Source of the DNA: Pseudomonadota bacterium
Lineage (GTDB): Bacteria; Bdellovibrionota_G; JALEGL01; DATDPG01
NCBI GenBank assembly: GCA_043804515.1
Contig: JAZDIZ010000088.1
Location: 1 to 13,838, forward strand
Reading direction: 5' to 3'
Length of the DNA stretch: 13,838 nt
Below the pieces are notes generated by a model. The model made no database searches, was not told the DNA's origin, and saw nothing but the letters and a program-made list of their open reading frames with translations. Below, piece after piece: positions 7,527-13,838 of the stretch. The position numbers and the translations under genes were made by a program. Position 1 is the stretch's first letter. The number at the start of each line of letters is the position of its first letter.

Positions 7527-10301
7527 TTAAGAGCAACCGCTCGTCGTGCCGCAGTTCACGCACTTATAGCAGACGCCGTTGCGGACCATGATCGCGCCGC
7601 AATCCGGGCATGGAGGAGCGTCCTCTTGGAGCTGAAAGGACCATTTCTGCCCTTCGTCCCGGGCCACTTCGGCCGCCTTGACGGCGGGCTTGGCGGACTC
7701 GACGAGTATGGAGGAGGGGTCCTTCAAAACGCCGATTTGAGCCAATTCCTCGGGCTGCATGAACTTCGAAGCGAGCCACCGCACGATGTAGTCCACGATC
7801 GACTTGGCGAACGGGATTTCCTTGTTGTTGGTTATCCCCGACGGTTCGAATCGGGTGTGGCTGAACTTGTCGACCAGCACACGAAGCGGGACACCGTACT
7901 GGAACGCCATCGAGATGGCCGTGGCGAATGAGTCCACGAGGCCCGACACCACGGAGCCCTCCTTCGACATGACGAGGAAAATCTCCCCGGGCTGGCCGTC
8001 TTCGTACATCCCCACCGTGATGTATCCCTCGTGGCCTCCCACGCTGAACTTGTGCGTGATGGATTTTCGCTCGTCGGGTAAACGCTTCCGCATCATGCGC
8101 AAAGCGTTCCGGTTCTTCGCTTCGGTTTCCCCGTTCGACGTGTTCAAGGGCTGGGAGCGCTTGCACCCGTCGCGGTAAATGGCGATTGCCTTGACCCCAA
8201 GTTTCCAGGCTTGAAGGTACGTCTCGGCGATCTCTTCCGGCGTGATCTCGTGCGCGACGTTGACGGTCTTGGAGATGGCGCCCGAAATGAACGGCTGCGT
8301 CGCCGCCATCATCCGAAGGTGCCCCAGGTAATGGATGAAGCGGGAGCCGTTCAAGGGTTTGAACGCGCAGTCGAACACGGGAAGGTGCTCGGCCTTGAAA
8401 CCCGGCGCGCCTTCGATGGTCTCGCGCTCATTGAGGTGCTCGAGAATTTTCTCGATGGCGGCATCGTCATAGCCGAGTTTTCGGAGCGCCATCGGAATCG
8501 TTTGGTTCACGATCTTGAGGAATCCGCCGCCTACGAGCTTCTTGTACTTCACCAAAGCGATGTCGGGCTCCACACCGGTCGTGTCGCAGTCCATCATGAA
8601 TCCGATCGTGCCGGTGGGCGCCAGAACGCTCATCTGGGAGTTCCGAAATCCGTGGCGTTTGCCCAGCTCGTAAGCGGATTCCCAGTCCTCCTCGGCGGCC
8701 CGGAAAAGTTCCGACGGGATCAGGTTGCGGTCGATCCTCTGCACGGCGTCCGCGTGTTTGCGGATCACCTTCAACATCGGCTCCCGGTTTTTGAGGTACC
8801 CGAGGAACGTGCCCCGGTCGTGTGCCGCTTCGGCGGATACGCGGTAGCAATGCCCGGTCATGATGGCCGTGACGACGGCCGCAAAAGCCCGGCCGGCTTC
8901 CGAGTCGTACGGAAGGCCCATGGACATCAGAAGAGCCCCGAGGTTTGCGTAGCCGATCCCAAGTGGGCGGTAATCGTGGCTGTTTTTCTCGATGTCCGGC
9001 GTGGGATAGGAGGCGTTATCGACGATGATCTCCTGCGCCAGTATCGTGGTCCTAAGGGCCGCCCGGTAAGCTTCGAAATCGAATCTCCCGTCGGCGGAGA
9101 CGAACTTCATCAGGTTCAGGGAGGCCAGGTTGCAGGCCGTGTCGTCCAGGAACATGTATTCCGAACACGGGTTCGACGCGTTGATGCGGGCGGTGTTCGG
9201 GCACGTGTGCCAGTCGTTGATCGTCGTGTCGAATTGGAGGCCCGGATCGCCGCACACCCACGTGGACTGCGCGATCATGCTCATGAGATCCCTGGCGCGA
9301 TACGTGTCCATGGGGCGCTTGTTCGTGACGGCGCGGGTGGTCCAGGGCTTGTCGTCCTGCACGCACCGCATGAACTCGTCCGTGACTCGCACGGAGTTGT
9401 TCGAGTTCTGGAAGAAGATGGAATTGTAAGCCTCTCCGTTGAACGACGGGTCGTAGCCGGCGTCGATCAGGGCCCAGGCCTTCTTCTCCTCCATCTCCTT
9501 GCACCGGATGAACTGGACGATATCGGGATGGTCGATGTTCAGGATCACCATCTTGGCCGCGCGCCGCGTCTTGCCGCCCGACTTGATGACCCCCGCAAAC
9601 GCATCGTATCCCTTCATGAAGGAGACCGGTCCGGATGGCTGGCCGCCTCCGGCCAACTGCTCCCTCGAGGAGCGCAGGACGGAAAGATTCGTGCCGGATC
9701 CGGAGCCGCCCTTAAAAAGCATCCCCTCCGTCGTGGCGAGTTCCAGAATCGACAGCATGTTGTCCTGGACGGAATTGATGAAGCAAGCGGAGCACTGCGG
9801 AACTTTCTCGAACCCGACGTTGAACCAAACAGGGGAATTGAACGCCATCTTTTGCGTGACGAGGAGATGAGTCAGCTCATCCTCGAACGCTTGCGCGTCG
9901 GCTTCCGAAGCGAAGTAGGTCTGCCTTCGCGCCCAACCCCCGATCGTCGTGGTGACGCGGGAGATGAGCCGCCGGACCGAACTCTCCCTCTGCGCGGAAC
10001 CCAGGGAACCCCGGAAATATTTGGAGACGACGACGTTCGTAGCGAGCTGCGACCAGGTCTTGGGAATCTCCACATTCTTCTGGGAGAAAACCAATTCCCC
10101 TTTTTCGTTCGTGATGGCGGCTTCGCGCATCTCCCATTCGATCTCGTCGAACGGGTGCGTCTCGGGGCGCGTGAAGTATCGCGGATGAGCGAGTCCCCGC
10201 CTTTCGGCCTTGGACGCGGTACGCGGCTCCCTCACCCTCCGGGCCGGAATCCGAATTTCCCTCACTTCTTGTCCGTTGGATTCCTTAATCGGCGTCTCCA
10301 T
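7527..10301 (-). CDS. nrdJ: Vitamin B12-dependent (class II) ribonucleotide reductase with C-terminal TSCPD domain and zinc ribbon
   Basis: FNSPVWFN, QCSACF, GGKTRRAAKM, NPCSE, ACNLAS, APTGTI, AISKTVN, YRDG motifs; TSCPD-like ITVGMYEDGQPGEIF; CPDCG...CVNCG. AGGAGG SD. Start is ATG 10301 or GTG 10304. Confidence 0.97.
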   Translation of the reverse strand: METPIKESNGQEVREIRIPARRVREPRTASKAERRGLAHPRYFTRPETHPFDEIEWEMREAAITNEKGELVFSQKNVEIPKTWSQLATNVVVSKYFRGSLGSAQRESSVRRLISRVTTTIGGWARRQTYFASEADAQAFEDELTHLLVTQKMAFNSPVWFNVGFEKVPQCSACFINSVQDNMLSILELATTEGMLFKGGSGSGTNLSVLRSSREQLAGGGQPSGPVSFMKGYDAFAGVIKSGGKTRRAAKMVILNIDHPDIVQFIRCKEMEEKKAWALIDAGYDPSFNGEAYNSIFFQNSNNSVRVTDEFMRCVQDDKPWTTRAVTNKRPMDTYRARDLMSMIAQSTWVCGDPGLQFDTTINDWHTCPNTARINASNPCSEYMFLDDTACNLASLNLMKFVSADGRFDFEAYRAALRTTILAQEIIVDNASYPTPDIEKNSHDYRPLGIGYANLGALLMSMGLPYDSEAGRAFAAVVTAIMTGHCYRVSAEAAHDRGTFLGYLKNREPMLKVIRKHADAVQRIDRNLIPSELFRAAEEDWESAYELGKRHGFRNSQMSVLAPTGTIGFMMDCDTTGVEPDIALVKYKKLVGGGFLKIVNQTIPMALRKLGYDDAAIEKILEHLNERETIEGAPGFKAEHLPVFDCAFKPLNGSRFIHYLGHLRMMAATQPFISGAISKTVNVAHEITPEEIAETYLQAWKLGVKAIAIYRDGCKRSQPLNTSNGETEAKNRNALRMMRKRLPDERKSITHKFSVGGHEGYITVGMYEDGQPGEIFLVMSKEGSVVSGLVDSFATAISMAFQYGVPLRVLVDKFSHTRFEPSGITNNKEIPFAKSIVDYIVRWLASKFMQPEELAQIGVLKDPSSILVESAKPAVKAAEVARDEGQKWSFQLQEDAPPCPDCGAIMVRNGVCYKCVNCGTTSGCS

Positions 10302-10784
10302 CACTCCTCCTCACTACATAATCCCTCGACGACCCTCCCGGCAACCTCATCTTTGGGCGCCCAAGCGACAACAACCTCCCCCGGCCTCCCTTTTTACAGC
10401 GAGACAAGCCCTCGGCTGTCCTTCCGTTGAATCGGGTCAGCGTATGGTATGGCAACCTATGGGACGCGCTGTGAAAGTAGGTTATGGCGAGCGGTCCATG
10501 CGTATCAAGAAGAAACTGTATGAACCCAAATTCGTCCAGCATTTGCGCCCCCTTGCGCTCGAGCTCGGGAGCGTCCGGCCGGTACATATTTGGCAACATT
10601 TCGAAACTATTAAAGAATTTTGGCTCGTCCGTTTCGCGTGAGGCGCTGACCGGCATCGGAAGTGTCCTGCCCTTGGGGGGGCTAAAACGGCGGGGATCGC
10701 CTCGGCGTATGGTTGGCGGGGGCACCAATAGCGAGGTAAGCCGAGTGAGCGTCCGCCGGGCGTAGGCGCGAAGGGGATTTCCCG

Positions 10785-11453
10785 TCACCCGATGTACCTG
10801 TCGATCTCCGTGACGTTTCCAATCGTCAGGTCGGGGCGCGCCTGCACGATCTCCTGGCTGGGCGAGAAGCCGTCTGTAAGGCCAATCGTGTGCGTTCCCG
10901 CGGCCCGTCCGGCCGCCACATCGACCGGGCTGTCACCCACCATCACGGCCCGTCTCGGCTCGACATCCAGCTTCTTGAGGATGTACAGAATCGGAGCCGG
11001 ATCGGGTTTCTTTTGAGGAAGAACGTCGCCTCCCAGGACGCACGAAAAGATCTTACGGAGCCGGAGGCCGTCGATGATGGGATCGCAATAGATCTGGCGC
11101 TTGTTGCTGAGAACGGCGAGCTTGAAAGCCCGGAGCCGTTCCAGCGTCCGGGCTACGCCCGGGTAAAGGCGCGTGTGGTCCAGGAGATGCCGGCCGTAGT
11201 AATCGGAAAAAATCCGAAACGCGTCTTCAAAACATTCCTCGTGCCCTTGCACCGCCTTCTGGACAAGGATTCGCGTTCCGTTCCCGATGGAAAGCCTGAC
11301 GGTTTCTAATGGCCAGGCCGGAAGCCCGACACGGCCGAGAGCGTGATTTACGGCGTTGGCGATGTCCCGGCTTGAATCGATGAGCGTCCCGTCCAGGTCG
11401 AAAATGAAAAGATCGATCAGGGTCCGCGAAAGGAGAGGGTCCGAATTTTTCAA
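10785..11453 (-). CDS. HAD-family hydrolase, phosphoglycolate phosphatase-like
   Basis: FDLDGTLIDS (motif I), LSNK, KKPDP and MVGDSPVD motifs. Confidence 0.92.
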   Translation of the reverse strand: MKNSDPLLSRTLIDLFIFDLDGTLIDSSRDIANAVNHALGRVGLPAWPLETVRLSIGNGTRILVQKAVQGHEECFEDAFRIFSDYYGRHLLDHTRLYPGVARTLERLRAFKLAVLSNKRQIYCDPIIDGLRLRKIFSCVLGGDVLPQKKPDPAPILYILKKLDVEPRRAVMVGDSPVDVAAGRAAGTHTIGLTDGFSPSQEIVQARPDLTIGNVTEIDRYIG

Positions 11454-11485
11454 GCGCCGCTATATACAGACGCGCTCTAGAGATG

Positions 11486-11899
11486 TCACTTCCGTTCGGG
11501 GGCCGGAGGTGTCTCGTCGGGCAGGAGGTCCGTAGGAGGCTCCTCGAATTCGTTTTCCTGCGTGCCCAGGGGGACGATCTCGATCGCCTTCGGTAGCACA
11601 GCCAGGAAAAGGCACCCTTTTTCGGAAAAAATTTCGTGGATGGTTCCCGGCGGTGAGTTAAGAAAATCTCCGCGCTTGAGAATCCGCTCTCCGACTTTCA
11701 TTTCGCCCTCGAGGAGAAAGATCTCTTCTCCCTCGGGATGCCGGTGGCGGATGTAGGACGTGCCGGGGCCCATGCGGTAAAGGAACGTGCCGGCGCGCTC
11801 GCTACGGTCCGTATGAAGCGGGAGGTAATCCACGCCCGCCAACCTGGTCGGTTTCCAAGGGGCGCTTGAAGTCTCGATCATGTGGGATACAGTTCTCAT
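11486..11899 (-). CDS. Cupin domain protein (ChrR-like cupin)
   Basis: C-terminal 137 aa of track ORF 11486..12457: HRHPEGEEIFLLEG...GDFLNSPPGTIH. The true start is at ATG 11899 (or 11881), because the longer ORF overlaps the MBL gene. Confidence 0.85.
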   Translation of the reverse strand: MRTVSHMIETSSAPWKPTRLAGVDYLPLHTDRSERAGTFLYRMGPGTSYIRHRHPEGEEIFLLEGEMKVGERILKRGDFLNSPPGTIHEIFSEKGCLFLAVLPKAIEIVPLGTQENEFEEPPTDLLPDETPPAPERK

Positions 11900-11920
11900 C
11901 GCGCGTAGGGTGAACGCAGT

Positions 11921-12562
11921 ATGAACGAGCCCCCTCTTTATTTCAAACAGATGGAAATCGGACCGATGGCGAACTTCGTGTACCTTTTCGGAGATCCGAA
12001 GACCCACGACGCGGCCGTCGTGGATCCGGCATGGGACGTGGGGCAGATCCTCCATCAGGCCGAGGCGGACGGGTACCGGATCCGCCACGTTCTGGTCACG
12101 CACGGACATCCGGATCATATCAACGGCGTCGAAGAAATTTTGAATCTCACGAACGCCCGGCTGTATATGCACAAGAGCGAAACGCCGTGGATCAAAGGGT
12201 GGAAGTCGACGGTCGTTCCCAGCGATCAAGGAACGGTGATCCGGGTCGGGGACTTGGACGTGACGTTTCTGCACACGCCGGGGCACACGCTCGGCTCCCA
12301 ATGTTTCCGCGTGGGGAACCGCTTGATCTCGGGCGACACGCTTTTCATCAACAGTTGCGGGCGAACGGATCTTCCCGGGGGCGATCCGAAAAAACTGTAC
12401 GAAAGCCTCACCGAGCTTTCGAAGCTCGAGGATTCCGTCATCCTCTTTCCGGGGCACAATTACGCGGACGAGCCCACGTCCACGATGGGGAGCCAGAAGA
12501 AAACCAATCCTGTTCTTAAGTGCGGCTCCGTTAACGAGTTTCTGGCGATGTTCGGGCAGTAG
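11921..12562 (+). CDS. MBL-fold metallo-hydrolase (glyoxalase II-like)
   Basis: THGHPDHING (HxHxDH), HTPGHT, SGDTLF, GRTDLPGG and PGH motifs. Confidence 0.95.
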   Translation: MNEPPLYFKQMEIGPMANFVYLFGDPKTHDAAVVDPAWDVGQILHQAEADGYRIRHVLVTHGHPDHINGVEEILNLTNARLYMHKSETPWIKGWKSTVVPSDQGTVIRVGDLDVTFLHTPGHTLGSQCFRVGNRLISGDTLFINSCGRTDLPGGDPKKLYESLTELSKLEDSVILFPGHNYADEPTSTMGSQKKTNPVLKCGSVNEFLAMFGQ

Positions 12563-12769
12563 ATCCCGGCATCGGGCAGCCGACGAATAAGGATTAACAG
12601 GTTGCTGAAAAACCCGATCTTTAGGGTCGAACTAGTTTCGATAATGGATCTAGGAGTTTTCGGAAGGCATGTCAGAAGTTGATTAGGGGGAGATGGATTG
12701 GGAGCAGGTGATGGTGGACGGAGTCGGCGACCCCTCGTCGGTCGGCCGACGACCCTCAGAAGTCTCAGC

Positions 12770-13078
12770 GGTTGTTTAGAGGGGAGATTCGTCGGGCAAC
12801 CTTACCGGTAAGGTTGTTGAAAAAATCGCGGAATTTTGTGGAAAAATATTGAACGAGAGTGATTTTTTCTATCTTTTTTTCTTGACTGACCCGAGCCCGG
12901 ATTTTTTGGAAACAAAGCCTCAATCTCTACAAAGCCCTTATGCCGCGCCTATCTGCCGCTGCTGACGTGCAATCGCTTCTTTCGTGAAACCCTCAATTTC
13001 GCACCGCAATCGCAGGTCTAAGAGCCAAAGAACGCCTTGAAAAACAGATGTTAGGCTCTCCCCAAAAGGGAGAACGCC
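12770..13078 (+). repeat. Conserved non-coding leader of the right HNH-like gene; inverted homolog of ~518..830
   Basis: Same colinear blocks as the left leader; TCTCCC-CAAAA-GGGAGA hairpin at 13057-13073. The outer boundary is approximate. Confidence 0.8.
12797..12816. repeat. Perfect 20-bp palindrome CAACCTTACCGGTAAGGTTG
   Basis: Read directly; 19 bp (12798-12816) are repeated exactly at 13723-13741. Confidence 0.95.
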
Positions 13079-13838
13079 ATGCCCATTTCCGCGAATCTTG
13101 AATCGCTTACGAATTCCGAGCTTCACCAGCGGACGATCGAGCTGGCCAAGAAGGAGCGGCAGACGACATTAGAGCTTCTTAACCACCTTCATGAGGTCGA
13201 ACGAAGAAAGCTCTTCGCTGAGAAGGGCTACGGGTCCTTGTGGGACTACGTCCAAAAGGCCTTGGGCTACAGCGAAAACCAGGCCTATGAACGGATCTCG
13301 GCCATGCGCCTCATGTTTCGAGCACCTGAAGTCCAGGTGGCTCTGGAGACGGGAAAACTCACCTTAACCCAGGCGGCCATGGCGGAAAGGCACCTTCGGG
13401 CGGAGGAAAAAGCCCAAGAGAGGCCCATTCCTACAGAAAAGGTGGGATCCCTTGTCAGCCGGATTGAGGGCTTGAGTAAGCGAGAGACCGAGAAGGTCCT
13501 TCTGAGAGAGGCTCCTGAAAGACCCCTTACGTCGGAGACGGTCCGGTCCATCACGGCGGAGATGAGCGAGGTGAAGTTCCCGATCACCGAAGAGACCCGG
13601 CAAGCCATGGAGAGGTTCTGGAACCTGAAAGGCCGTTGCAGTGTTTCCGAGCTTTTTGCCGTCTGTCTGAAGTTCTACTTGAGTCAAAAGGATCCAAGCC
13701 GGAAAGACATGAAGAAGACCCTAACCTTACCGGTAAGGTTGAAGAACCAAGCGGATTTCCCAACCGAACCCAATCCTCCGACTCGGTGCATTCCGGCCGA
13801 TATCAAACGCATGGTCCGGGATCGCTCCAGGGGATGAT
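13079..13838 (+). CDS. Probable HNH endonuclease-family protein (helical N-terminal domain, linker, start of HNH region), truncated by the window end
   Basis: 252+ aa open to the window end. The N-domain (HLHEVERRKLF..GYGSLWDYV..LGYSE..AYERI.A.R) and the terminal TRCIPADIKRMVRDRSRG resemble the R-x-I-P...V..RD.G segment that precedes HNH/McrA-type zinc-finger nuclease domains. The HNH residues themselves lie outside the window. Confidence 0.75.
13723..13741. repeat. Intragenic copy of the palindrome (AACCTTACCGGTAAGGTT + G), encoding TLPVRL
   Basis: Identical to 12798-12816. Confidence 0.95.

Noticed and set aside
7527..10301. Intein or intron in nrdJ
   Set aside because: The reading frame is continuous, catalytic motifs are normally spaced, and no intein splice motifs were seen.
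8211..10430. 739-aa plus-strand ORF
   Set aside because: Antisense shadow of nrdJ, typical of high GC3 codon bias, with no recognisable motifs.
11900..12457. N-terminal extension of the 323-aa ORF 11486..12457
   Set aside because: It is antisense to the MBL hydrolase; only the C-terminal cupin part is credible.
12563..13078. CRISPR array or mini-array next to the HNH-like gene
   Set aside because: The repeats are few, short, degenerate and irregularly spaced, with no repeat-spacer periodicity.

Overview
GC-rich bacterial window. The gene content loosely suggests a delta-proteobacterial or Bdellovibrionota-like organism, which is inference only. The core is ordinary housekeeping: SDR oxidoreductase, greA, PilZ protein, zinc-ribbon membrane protein, proline dehydrogenase, EamA transporter, two tandem PilX-like paralogs, PduO-type cobalamin adenosyltransferase, 7Fe ferredoxin, class II (B12) ribonucleotide reductase nrdJ, HAD phosphatase, cupin and MBL hydrolase. 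The striking feature is that both ends of the window are occupied by outward-pointing paralogs (about 84% aa identity by hand alignment) of a helical-N-domain protein with a probable C-terminal HNH nuclease; the ORF track missed the left copy. Each copy carries a homologous 270-300 bp non-coding leader with an SD-sequestering hairpin and a CCGG-centred palindrome showing compensatory substitutions, and the same palindrome recurs inside the right ORF just before the putative HNH domain. This looks like a multi-copy nuclease-plus-structured-leader element. A second notable item is an unassigned, highly structured ~185-nt RNA-like region ending in a terminator upstream of greA.
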